From: Bacteroidia bacterium
GTDB lineage: Bacteria; Bacteroidota; Bacteroidia; UKL13-3
Length of the DNA: 64,000 bases
Direction of reading: 5' to 3'
NCBI GenBank assembly: GCA_025454975.1
Contig: JALONK010000013.1
Coordinates: forward strand, 994 to 64,993
In this document: one piece after another, positions 29,424-39,117 of the stretch
Layout: each line of letters starts with the position of its first letter
How positions within the stretch are numbered: the stretch's first letter is position 1
The notes under the pieces: model-generated
Told to the model about the DNA's origin: nothing
The model's database searches: none
Seen by the model: the letters and a program-made list of their open reading frames with translations, nothing else
Translations under genes and position numbers: made by a program

Positions 29424-29668
29424 GTATTATTCTGATTCCTGAAAGGTGTCCGAATTCATGAATTAAGACACTTCTATCGGTTTAAAATTAGTCTAATTCG
29501 TTGAAAATTAAACGAAAGTAATTACCGAAGCTATTAACTCATTTCAACCTTATACCTTTAATTCTTACGACTTGTGGCTATTTTATTACAGCGCTATTAG
29601 CTTCAGATAAAGGGTAGGTAAACAAAAAACGGACAGTTAAAACAATTTGGTTAGAAGGCAGATAGTAC

Positions 29669-30808
29669 TCATTTTTTAGGACGGAACCTGCACAACAACC
29701 CCGGATTTTCTGTTAAAAAATAAAGGTATCCATCCGGCCCTGACTTTACACATCTGAATCTTGCGAAAGCTTGTAAAATCCTTTCTTCTTTAATAACTCG
29801 GTTTTCGGCAACGGTTGTAATGTTAAGGTGTTGACCAACCAATGCGCCAATAAACAATTTACCTTTCCATTGAGGAATACTGTCGGAGGTATAAAAATCC
29901 ATTCCACATGGGGCAATTGATGGTACCCAATAATATATTGGTTGAATGGTTCCTGCAACTGCTGTATCTTTTGATACAGGAGTACCATTATAATTTACTC
30001 CAAATGAAGCTAATGGCCAAGCATAGTTTGCACCGGGTTGAAGAATGTTTATTTCGTCGCCACCCATAGGACCATGTTCATGAAGCCATAAAGCGCCTGT
30101 TGAAGGGTGCATAACCAAACCTTGAGGATTACGATGGCCATAAGAGTAAATATCTTTTAAGGCACCTTGGGTATTAATGAAGGGGTTATCCGCAGGGATT
30201 GTTCCATCATCATTTAATCTAACCACCTTACCTGCATGACTGCTTAATGATTGCGATTGGGTTGTTTGGTTTCTTTCGCCCAAACAAACATAAATTTTCC
30301 CGGCCCTATCAAAAACAATTCTGCTTCCAAAATGCACACTCGAGGTATTGATTTGGGTGCTTTGAAATAGTTTTTTTAGTCCAACCAAAGCGTTACCATT
30401 TAAAGTGGCACTAAACAAAGCAGTACTAAAGCCGCCTGCGGTATCGGTTGTTGCTGTGAAATAGATAAGTTTATTGTTATTAAAATCAGGGTGCAATGCA
30501 ATATCCATTAAGCCTCCTTGTCCTGTGTTTCTAATTGTTGGCAAACCTGTTACCACAGTGCTGTTTCTGTTAGAGACTAACTTCATTACCCCTCTTTTTT
30601 CGGCAGTTAACACATCCCCGGTTGGTAATATAGCCATACCCCAAGGTTGATCAAGTCCTGTGATTATGGTGTCTAATATCAAATCAACAGGCATTGTATC
30701 TGCCGTTATAACAGGGGTTGGCTTGTCTTGATCCTTATCGGGATTGCACGATTGCAATGTGCCTACCGATAAGGCACAAATACAAATTATCAATAGAGGG
30801 TATTTCAT
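29669..30808 (-). CDS. PQQ-dependent sugar (glucose/sorbosone) dehydrogenase, lipoprotein
   Basis: GSDH-family motif GLMDIALHPDFNNNKLIYF; beta-propeller; lipobox LQSC. The ORF track extends to 30871, but the signal peptide starts at MKYPLL (30808). Confidence 0.7.
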   Translation of the reverse strand: MKYPLLIICICALSVGTLQSCNPDKDQDKPTPVITADTMPVDLILDTIITGLDQPWGMAILPTGDVLTAEKRGVMKLVSNRNSTVVTGLPTIRNTGQGGLMDIALHPDFNNNKLIYFTATTDTAGGFSTALFSATLNGNALVGLKKLFQSTQINTSSVHFGSRIVFDRAGKIYVCLGERNQTTQSQSLSSHAGKVVRLNDDGTIPADNPFINTQGALKDIYSYGHRNPQGLVMHPSTGALWLHEHGPMGGDEINILQPGANYAWPLASFGVNYNGTPVSKDTAVAGTIQPIYYWVPSIAPCGMDFYTSDSIPQWKGKLFIGALVGQHLNITTVAENRVIKEERILQAFARFRCVKSGPDGYLYFLTENPGLLCRFRPKK

Positions 30809-30918
30809 ATTAACTTTATTAACTACCAAAATACAGTCTTTATTAGAAGAGTGTATCAGGCAAAGAAACAAAATTAATTTGTATAGGTTTTACGAACCCT
30901 TTATTGAAACTTACAACG

Positions 30919-31335
30919 CTAACTGTTTTGCGCATTCAGCTTGTTATAGTACACATAAGAGAGCAGTAAAATGCCCAAGATAATTAGTGGAAAAAATGAC
31001 TGTCCCGTAGCTCCATCAACAACCACATGACTAATAGTTGCAAAAATAAGGTTAAATACGAATCCGGCATAGGCCCATTCTTTAAGGCGTTTGGGAACCA
31101 CCGGAATAATCAACGCTAATACGCCAAGGATTTTAAAAATGACCAATGCATTTCCAAAATATTCGGGATAACCAAGGTGCTTAATTCCTTCTTTTGCCAT
31201 TTCTGTTTGTGAGGTTAAGGCAGGCATAACACCTTCGAACAAGGCAATAATGCCAGTTGCTAACCAAAAAATAATCTTGTTTTTTTTCATAATTGTAGGT
31301 GTTTTAGTTTGAATTATATATGTTGTATGGGTCAC
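30919..31335 (-). CDS. DoxX-family membrane protein
   Basis: 138 aa, four TM helices, DoxX-like size and topology. Confidence 0.5.
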   Translation of the reverse strand: MTHTTYIIQTKTPTIMKKNKIIFWLATGIIALFEGVMPALTSQTEMAKEGIKHLGYPEYFGNALVIFKILGVLALIIPVVPKRLKEWAYAGFVFNLIFATISHVVVDGATGQSFFPLIILGILLLSYVYYNKLNAQNS

Positions 31336-31467
31336 ATTTTTAATATTATCAGAAAGATAAGTTAACGAAAACTCCTTTTCTCTTTAAAAAGACGAATAAA
31401 AGAATTTTATAGGTGAATGAGGGATATTAATTAAAAGAGGGCTTAACTTAACTATAAAGATAGGTAG

Positions 31468-31941
31468 TTATTTAAGTATTGTTCTTGGGGAAGTAATTCC
31501 GTTTTTTAGTTGTTGAGCAATTTTTAACGCACGTGCTATTCTTTTATCTTGAGATTTAACTTGAGTAATTAAATAAATTAAACCACGTTGATTACCTTCT
31601 GTAAGGTTATGAAATAAGTCATAAGCTTTTGAGTCAGTATTCAAAACTTCCATCAACTCTTCAGGCATATCAAATTGGTATGGGGTATTGTCTGTTTCAA
31701 ATGATGCTTCTAACGAACAACCTTCTGTAAGGCCAAGTTTTTTACAAACAGCTTGTCCGATATTAATAAAATGCCCCCCTTCTTTTTTAGGCATGATGGC
31801 ACAATGAAAACTTACAGCATGATTGATAGTACATATCACCCGATTATTATCCTTCTTGATTAAATGATTTACTGTGGCAGCATCAAGTAAAATGTAGTGC
31901 ATTCCGCTGCTAAACTTAAATAAGGAATATGTTTTTACCAT
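31468..31941 (-). CDS. DUF1905/YdeI-like domain protein
   Basis: 157 aa; family call from overall similarity pattern only. Confidence 0.35.
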   Translation of the reverse strand: MVKTYSLFKFSSGMHYILLDAATVNHLIKKDNNRVICTINHAVSFHCAIMPKKEGGHFINIGQAVCKKLGLTEGCSLEASFETDNTPYQFDMPEELMEVLNTDSKAYDLFHNLTEGNQRGLIYLITQVKSQDKRIARALKIAQQLKNGITSPRTILK

Positions 31942-32230
31942 AATATAACTTAATGGGCCTTGAAGGAATTTAAATTACTACATGCTTTTGTATACCTATT
32001 GTATGTTGCAATTATAATTTATAAGTCGCGTTTTTATTTGAAAAATTGTATTTTAAGCAGAGGAGTGTTTTTAATTTACAGGGAATACCTGTTGCATAAA
32101 AAATTCTGTAAATTGATTGTATAGTTGATAACGAAACTAATATTATAAAATAACCTACAATGATAGCTAACACATGCCCAGAAACAGTTCTGTGATTAAC
32201 TGGATAAGATTTAAAAGAAAGTATTTGATG

Positions 32231-33421
32231 TTATTGTTTAATAAACTTAACCATGCTAACACCATCTTCAAAAGTAAGTTGTAGATAATAAATGCCGGGT
32301 GTTAAGTTTGAAACGTCAAGGCTTTTTTGATTGTTCGACCAAGAATTATTATCCAATACTGTATTGCCATTGTGGTTATAAATAGCTATAGCTTTAGGAG
32401 TTGAAGTATTAGGTAAACTAATAATATTGTATGCAGGGTTTGGGCTGATGTAAATTGGCGTTTTAATTATATGATTAGTTCCTGCAAGTAATTCATAAGT
32501 AAGCATGTAGCTCCATACGGGTTTAAACAATGGCATACCGTTTTGCTTTGGTGTTTTATTATCTTGAATGGTGCTCGCGTGTTCATCCCCAACAGGTACG
32601 TTGAACGAAGAAGTTAATTGCCGAGTTTTTTGATAAGGAAATGTATATTGTTCAACAGAAACAGGAGGTCCGAACAAATTTAAGCTTAAGCTATCCCAAA
32701 TTTGCAATTGTTTTTCATGCTCGTCTAACACATGATTAAAGCAATAGATAAATTCCGGTGCTGTTTTCCAACCATCGGCATAAGCCCAAGGAGCCGGACT
32801 GTTAGTAATGTTGCTCCAGTCTTTAGGTGAAGAAAAGCAAAGTGCTCTTTTTATGGCATAATGTTTTGCAATTAAAGCCGCGTGTCCGCCACCTTGTGAA
32901 TGTCCGGAAAAAATGATGCGCTCGTATACCGGATTATTTTCTTCATCTAAAAATTGGCTCCACCCTTCATCAGGAAATTTCAAGTGTAAGTACATTAATA
33001 ATTTGGAAAGTCGGTTGATAATACATTCTGATGGACTTATATTAATATCACTAGAATAGTCTTTACCTTCAATAATTTCTCTTCTAACCAACTCAAAGCA
33101 AGAAAGGTTAGGGTTGTTTGTGCAAAAACTACCAACAGTAGGAATATTTGGATACATTAATCCTATGCTATGGAGTCCTAAGTCTGCAGCCGTTTCACCA
33201 AACAATGATGAGCGTTTGGGTTCACCAAAAGTTCCGGGCAAATGCACAACAAGAATTCCTTTCGAAGGCACAGTTTTATTTAGATATACATAATGAGAGT
33301 CGGCGGTAAATGTTTGAATTGTAGAGTCCGTATCATTAGGCCTAACTTGTCTTTTTATGAGTTGAGCATTAGCAATCCACGTAAATATTAAGCCAAATAT
33401 CAGTAGCGTAATTTTAGTCAT
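32231..33421 (-). CDS. T9SS-secreted alpha/beta-hydrolase (esterase/lipase-like)
   Basis: 396 aa. Signal peptide; nucleophile elbow GHSQGG; C-terminal T9SS CTD (YISPNPAYNII...GIYYLQL...VKFIKQ). Confidence 0.7.
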   Translation of the reverse strand: MTKITLLIFGLIFTWIANAQLIKRQVRPNDTDSTIQTFTADSHYVYLNKTVPSKGILVVHLPGTFGEPKRSSLFGETAADLGLHSIGLMYPNIPTVGSFCTNNPNLSCFELVRREIIEGKDYSSDINISPSECIINRLSKLLMYLHLKFPDEGWSQFLDEENNPVYERIIFSGHSQGGGHAALIAKHYAIKRALCFSSPKDWSNITNSPAPWAYADGWKTAPEFIYCFNHVLDEHEKQLQIWDSLSLNLFGPPVSVEQYTFPYQKTRQLTSSFNVPVGDEHASTIQDNKTPKQNGMPLFKPVWSYMLTYELLAGTNHIIKTPIYISPNPAYNIISLPNTSTPKAIAIYNHNGNTVLDNNSWSNNQKSLDVSNLTPGIYYLQLTFEDGVSMVKFIKQ

Positions 33422-33630
33422 AAGGAAGATGTTTATAGAGCTTTTTGATATAGAAAGTTGAAAATGGTTTAATAATGTTTCACCAACAAATTTAATACAA
33501 GGGTATGAATGGTTACTTTTTATTTAACATAAATTCATCTTGACCTAAAGGTTATTTAATGTAACGGTATCCATACTTTTCACCTAACACAAGGTTATTA
33601 TAAAAATAATAATGAGGCAGAAATTCGATA

Positions 33631-36600
33631 ATGCACCATAGGTTTCTTTGTCGTTCAATTATAAAATTAATGAAAACAACATTACTCCAAAAAGCCACAT
33701 TGTTTCTTGTGTGTTTGAGTACTTTTACTGCTGTAAATGCACAAATTCAAACCAGTTTCTTTCGAAAAATTAACAACGGAAATGATGATGTAGAAGTAAG
33801 AGGATCAACCTTCGACCTCACCAGTTCCGATCTTGAAATCATGTTAGACGGCTCATCTGTTCAAACCATTGGTATCAGGTTTACCAACATTCAAATTCCT
33901 GCCGGAGCAATCATTGATAGTGCCTTTATTCAATTTACCAATGTTGGGGATAAAAATCCGGTAAGTGGTGCGGCTATTATTAAGGGACAATTTGCTTTAA
34001 ATGCTGCTACTTATTCAACGCTTGTTGACTTTAATACTAGGGTTGCCACAAGTGATTCAGTTATTTGGCCGGGCAGTACCCATGCAAGCTGGGGCACTAC
34101 TCAAGCTAATGCCAAAACATTAAATCAACGTACACCTGATTTAAAAAATATAATACAAACCATCATTAATCAAGGAGGTTGGAACTCTGGAAATGCAATA
34201 GCTTTTATCCTTAATGGTTCAGGTGTTAGAAATGCTCGTTCCTTTAACACAGCATCAGGTATACATGCAGCAGAGTTAACCGTTTTTTATACCTTAAATA
34301 ATTATAATCCATCGGTATTTCCCTTTACCCGTGGAAATGTATGGAAGTTTTTGGATAACGGTTCAGATCAAGGAACGGCATGGCGCAACCAAGGGTTTAA
34401 CGACTCGACATGGGCTTTTAAAGAAGGGAGTTTTGGGTATGGTGATTCGGTAAAAACAACCTTGTCATTCGGAAGCAACCCTACAATAAAACACATTACA
34501 ACATATTTCAGAAGTCAGCTTAATATGACAAATACTTCTGCTTTCGACTCATTAATTATCAGGGTTAGAAGAGATGATGGCTTTGTTTTGTATATTAATG
34601 GAAACGAAGTTTTAAGAGATAATATGCCGGCCGGTGTTGTTTCATTTACAACAGCCGCCGTAGCAGATGTTCAAATGCCTGAAGAAAATATGTATTTAGA
34701 ATATCGGATTCCTAATTCGTTGATCAATGGATTAAACACCTTGGCAGTTGAGGTTCATCAACATAGCGCAAGCAGCGACGACAAAATTTTTGACTTGGAA
34801 TTATTCGGTCAAAGAGTAGCGATGAATACAGTGAATTTACCCATGGGGAAAAATCAAGAGTGGTATTATCTTGATGATGGTTCAAATCTTGACACTGCTT
34901 GGAGAAGCCCAAATTATTACACCGGCAGGTGGAGTTATGGCCCGGGTATTTTAGGTTATGGCGATCCAAGTGCAACAACACTCGGGTTTGGCCCAAACAC
35001 TAATAATAAACACATCATATATTATTTTGTAAAAAAGGTAAATGTTCCTTCGTTAGCAGCGCTTACCGATACGTTGTTTTTTGGCTTATTAAGAGATGAT
35101 GGAGCCATTATCTATATTAATGGTGTAGAAGTAGTGAGGGATAATATGCCAGCCGGACCAATAAATTTTAGAACATACTCTTCTACCATTGTTGACGGTG
35201 CTAATGAAAGAACATATTTTGACTATAAGGTTTTAAAATCCTTTTTTACTCAAGGAATAAATACCATAGCTGTACAAGTACATCAGCGTGACAGTGTAAG
35301 TTCTGATTTAAGTTTTGACCTTGAAATTAGAAACGATACCCGTCAGCTTAATTTTGTAGCACCGGTAAATGGACAAAGTATTGGAGCCGGTCAACCTGTA
35401 AACATTAATTGGTATAACCTATCTTCAATTACTCAGGTAAACATTCAAGTGTCATACGACAATAGAGCAACTTGGAGCACATTAGCAAATGCGCTTCCGT
35501 CTCAAAGTCAACCTTTCGTTTGGACAACTCCCAATATAAACAACTCGAACACATGGCTTCGCATTTCTGATTCTACTGGTCAATTTCGCGATTCAATTGC
35601 TGTTTGGGTTTATCCAACGCCAACAGCTTTTAATCCTTGTGTCGACTCTTTACATATTGGTTGTTTTACTTCAGTTCCTTCAACACGAAACCAAATATTA
35701 AAACTTCCTTCAACGCATAATTTCCAACGACTCGCATTTAATGGTATGGCTCACACGTTAGGCGGCACAGTTGGTAATAATTTAGACTTTACCGGATTTA
35801 TGCCGTGGAATGGTAGCAACAAACGCGGAGCACTCGGAATAAATGAAGAAAACACCCCGGGTGGAGTAAGTGTATTATACCTCTCTTACAATGATTCGAC
35901 AGGCACATGGAGAAGAGACTCTTCAGGCAAGGTAAATACAGCCGCTCCAGGAGTTGTTCAATTTACAAGAAATTGTTCGGGAGGATTAACTCCGTGGGGA
36001 ACCATAATTACTTCTGAAGAATCATATAATACAGGCGATGTAAATGCAGATGGATATACTGATGTAGGATGGAATGTTGAATACAATCCTTGGACAAGGG
36101 AAGTAATGGATTATAACAATGATGGAACAAGAGATAAACTATGGGCAATGGGACGTATGAGTCACGAGAATATCGCAGTGGCAAATGATAGTATCACGGC
36201 TTATTATGCAGAAGATGGCGGCACATCAGGGTTATATAAATTTGTGGCATTTCAGAAAACAAGATTAGACTCGGGGTTGGTTTATGTACTACAACGTAAT
36301 GGAACCGGCGGAAATTGGATATTGGTACCTAATGCAACACAAGCACAACGCAATACACTTCGTGATGCAATAACAGGATTAGGTGGAACAAACTTTAACG
36401 GACCTGAAGACGTGGAAATAAATCCTGTTAACGGAATGATTTATTTTACTTCAAAAAATAATGGAATGATTTATCGCTTTACAGATAATGGAACAACCAT
36501 TTCAAATTTTGAAACGTACGTTGGTGGTCCTTCTGTAAATTACACCATGCAGGTTCAAGGAGGAGGAACACAATCAGTAAACTGGGGAAGCGGTATTGAT

Positions 36601-37464
36601 AACCTTGTCTTTGATAATTTGGGCAATTTATGGGCACAGCAAGATGGTGGTGATGGACATATTTGGGTAATTCGTCCTGACCATACACCGGCTAACCCTA
36701 AGGTTGATCTTTTCGCAACAACGCCTAGCGGTAGTGAATCAAGCGGACTTACATTTACTCCTGATTATCGCCAAGGGTTTCTTTCTATTATGGGTCAGTC
36801 GGCAGCAAATAGTCAAAATGTAATTGATGCTGCGGGTAATTCTATTGTGTTTAACGTAAGCACAACAGTTGCCATTGGCCGTAATATTTATTTAGGTCCA
36901 TTGGCAGCAGTACCTGTAACTTTTAATGAAATTGGTGCAACTTTAATCGGTAAACAATCCGCTAAAATTTATTGGTCAACAGCATCTGAAATAAACAACC
37001 AACTTTTTGAAGTAATGAGATCAACGGATGGAAATAATTTTATAACGATAGGTAAAATAAGAGGAGCAGGAAACTCAAGCGTAAGGAACGATTATTCATT
37101 TAATGATGTTGAACTTACCACAGGGGTTTATTATTATAAAATAAAACAGGTTGATTTTAACGGGGCATATTCATTTTCAAAAACAGTTACCCTTTATGTT
37201 GGTGTTCAACAACAATCAAATGTTACCGTTTATCCTAATCCTTTTGAAAACAACTTAATAATCACCTTGAATAACGAAACAACAGGAAAAGCTTTAATTG
37301 AATTAACCAATATAAATGGTGAGAACATTCTTTCACAAGAAGTAAACCTGCGATTAGGTGTTCAACAAGTTGAATTTAACACATCAGCTATTCCTTCAGG
37401 TGTTTACTTATTAAACATTACGAATAGTAATAAGGAAACACAAGTTATTAAACTTGTTAAATAA
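33631..37464 (+). CDS. Large T9SS-secreted multidomain protein with PhoX-like (DUF839) phosphatase beta-propeller core, duplicated N-terminal lectin-like modules, Fn3-like domain and Por CTD
   Basis: 1277 aa. Signal peptide (probable start MKTTLLQK at 33670); two ~200-aa modules sharing W..LDDGS...W....GYGD...YINGNEVLRDNMPAG; PhoX-type motif SGGLTPWGTIITSEE; C-terminal YPNPFENNLII...GVYLLNI...IKLVK. Confidence 0.65.
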   Translation: MHHRFLCRSIIKLMKTTLLQKATLFLVCLSTFTAVNAQIQTSFFRKINNGNDDVEVRGSTFDLTSSDLEIMLDGSSVQTIGIRFTNIQIPAGAIIDSAFIQFTNVGDKNPVSGAAIIKGQFALNAATYSTLVDFNTRVATSDSVIWPGSTHASWGTTQANAKTLNQRTPDLKNIIQTIINQGGWNSGNAIAFILNGSGVRNARSFNTASGIHAAELTVFYTLNNYNPSVFPFTRGNVWKFLDNGSDQGTAWRNQGFNDSTWAFKEGSFGYGDSVKTTLSFGSNPTIKHITTYFRSQLNMTNTSAFDSLIIRVRRDDGFVLYINGNEVLRDNMPAGVVSFTTAAVADVQMPEENMYLEYRIPNSLINGLNTLAVEVHQHSASSDDKIFDLELFGQRVAMNTVNLPMGKNQEWYYLDDGSNLDTAWRSPNYYTGRWSYGPGILGYGDPSATTLGFGPNTNNKHIIYYFVKKVNVPSLAALTDTLFFGLLRDDGAIIYINGVEVVRDNMPAGPINFRTYSSTIVDGANERTYFDYKVLKSFFTQGINTIAVQVHQRDSVSSDLSFDLEIRNDTRQLNFVAPVNGQSIGAGQPVNINWYNLSSITQVNIQVSYDNRATWSTLANALPSQSQPFVWTTPNINNSNTWLRISDSTGQFRDSIAVWVYPTPTAFNPCVDSLHIGCFTSVPSTRNQILKLPSTHNFQRLAFNGMAHTLGGTVGNNLDFTGFMPWNGSNKRGALGINEENTPGGVSVLYLSYNDSTGTWRRDSSGKVNTAAPGVVQFTRNCSGGLTPWGTIITSEESYNTGDVNADGYTDVGWNVEYNPWTREVMDYNNDGTRDKLWAMGRMSHENIAVANDSITAYYAEDGGTSGLYKFVAFQKTRLDSGLVYVLQRNGTGGNWILVPNATQAQRNTLRDAITGLGGTNFNGPEDVEINPVNGMIYFTSKNNGMIYRFTDNGTTISNFETYVGGPSVNYTMQVQGGGTQSVNWGSGIDNLVFDNLGNLWAQQDGGDGHIWVIRPDHTPANPKVDLFATTPSGSESSGLTFTPDYRQGFLSIMGQSAANSQNVIDAAGNSIVFNVSTTVAIGRNIYLGPLAAVPVTFNEIGATLIGKQSAKIYWSTASEINNQLFEVMRSTDGNNFITIGKIRGAGNSSVRNDYSFNDVELTTGVYYYKIKQVDFNGAYSFSKTVTLYVGVQQQSNVTVYPNPFENNLIITLNNETTGKALIELTNINGENILSQEVNLRLGVQQVEFNTSAIPSGVYLLNITNSNKETQVIKLVK

Positions 37465-37478
37465 TTAATTTACCTCTT

Positions 37479-37517
37479 AAAAGCCCGTAGCGTAAATGCT
37501 TCGGGCTTTAATTTTTT
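37479..37517 (+). terminator. Rho-independent terminator after PhoX-like gene
   Basis: AAAAGCCCG-loop-CGGGCTTT followed by AATTTTTT. Confidence 0.6.
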
Positions 37518-37523
37518 AAACAT

Positions 37524-38438
37524 ATGGATTTAAGACTTGTCACAGTATTAATGGTTCTTATTGGGTCTCAATTTTCGCCAAAAGCACAACGTCCGGCCTC
37601 AACACAACCAAAAGTATATTATACAATATCAAGTGCGTATTCGAACAGAAATCAGGTAATGATTTTAAATTTAAGGGGAAGTCGTTTAACAAGTCTTGAT
37701 GACAGTATAGGACGGTTTCCTCAGTTAAAAGTATTAAATATTATGAAAAATCAATTGCGCGTACTGCCTGAGTCTATTGGTGGTTTAACAAACTTACAAG
37801 AGATGATTGCCGACCAAAATCAATTGATAAACTTACCTAATTCAATCGGGAAATTAAGAAAGTTGAAGGAGCTTCATTTAAAGAAAAATAAATTAACTAA
37901 GTTGCCATTAACGTTTCAACAACTTCAAAAATTAATAGTTCTGGAAATGTCGAATAATGAATTAAAACAAGTACCGGAGGTGCTGTTTAAAATAAATTCA
38001 TTACAACGATTGGTGTTAAGTGCAAATCAAATTACGGCTTTACCATCGGCAGTTGTTGGATGGTCGCAATTAAAAGAACTGCATGTGTCAAACAATAAGA
38101 TTACAACGGTGAGTAATGAAATTGGGAAACTAAAACAATTAGAGGTGCTGGTGATTGATAATAATTTGTTGGAAGAATTACCTGATGATATCGGCGAATT
38201 AACCAAATTGAAGATATTAATAATAAATCATAATCAACTTCAAAGCTTACCCGATATATTTAATCGCTTACCTTTGCTCGAATCATTAATTATTAGTAAC
38301 AATCAAATTAAACAATTACCACCATCATTATTTTCATGTAAGCAATTAAAATTATTAGCCTTAATGGGCAATCCAATTGCCATTGAGGATATAGCAAAAC
38401 TAAAAGAAGCGTTGCCTAAAACAGATATAAGACACTAA
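37524..38438 (+). CDS. Leucine-rich-repeat protein, secreted
   Basis: 304 aa; about 12 tandem LxxLxxLxLxxNxL repeats. Confidence 0.8.
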   Translation: MDLRLVTVLMVLIGSQFSPKAQRPASTQPKVYYTISSAYSNRNQVMILNLRGSRLTSLDDSIGRFPQLKVLNIMKNQLRVLPESIGGLTNLQEMIADQNQLINLPNSIGKLRKLKELHLKKNKLTKLPLTFQQLQKLIVLEMSNNELKQVPEVLFKINSLQRLVLSANQITALPSAVVGWSQLKELHVSNNKITTVSNEIGKLKQLEVLVIDNNLLEELPDDIGELTKLKILIINHNQLQSLPDIFNRLPLLESLIISNNQIKQLPPSLFSCKQLKLLALMGNPIAIEDIAKLKEALPKTDIRH

Positions 38439-38441
38439 ACA

Positions 38442-38473
38442 AAAACGACTATCATTTTTGAGATAGTCGTTTT
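38442..38473. terminator. Bidirectional terminator hairpin
   Basis: Perfect inverted repeat AAAACGACTATC-ATTTTTGA-GATAGTCGTTTT between convergent genes. Confidence 0.65.
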
Positions 38474-38487
38474 AAACAAAAAGTTTT

Positions 38488-38937
38488 TTATGGCCACAAA
38501 GCTTTATTCCAAGGAATTCGGCTTAATATTAATAACATTCCAATACTAAAAAAAATAACCGCTCGTCGGTGTTTAACCATTGCATCTGTAGCTTTTTTGC
38601 TTAACGAACGCCCTACCTGTATCAACACAATGGCAATAATCATGGTGCTGATATGCTCAACTGCTACGAAACGCAACTCAGGCACTTTCATTGCTGCCCC
38701 CATACCATTAGCCAAAGCTTCATCAACCGCCGGACTAATAAAATATAATATCAAACCAATTAATAGTTGCGCATGACAAAGACCAACAAAAACAGCGTGT
38801 GATATATTCTCCTGTTTAGTGTATGCTCTTTTATGCATAATTCCTAATACCGATTTGGTGATGGCATATAAACCACCCAGTAGCACTGCCCAACGTAAAA
38901 TGTTGTGCAGGTTAAGTAGAAATGGATATGAATTCAT
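38488..38937 (-). CDS. Hypothetical membrane protein (4 TM)
   Basis: 149 aa, hydrophobic helices. Confidence 0.45.
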   Translation of the reverse strand: MNSYPFLLNLHNILRWAVLLGGLYAITKSVLGIMHKRAYTKQENISHAVFVGLCHAQLLIGLILYFISPAVDEALANGMGAAMKVPELRFVAVEHISTMIIAIVLIQVGRSLSKKATDAMVKHRRAVIFFSIGMLLILSRIPWNKALWP

Positions 38938-39117
38938 ATATTGTTTTTAGCATATATTATTTGTGCAAGTTAATAGTCATATTTCATTTTTTAATATCTT
39001 TTTAGTAAAAACATTACTGCAATTGTTCACCTGTAAACGGATATGTTGATTATGAGTTGTAAACGGTTTGCTTAAAAAGAAATTATGGTTTAGTATCATG
39101 GATAAACTGTATATACC

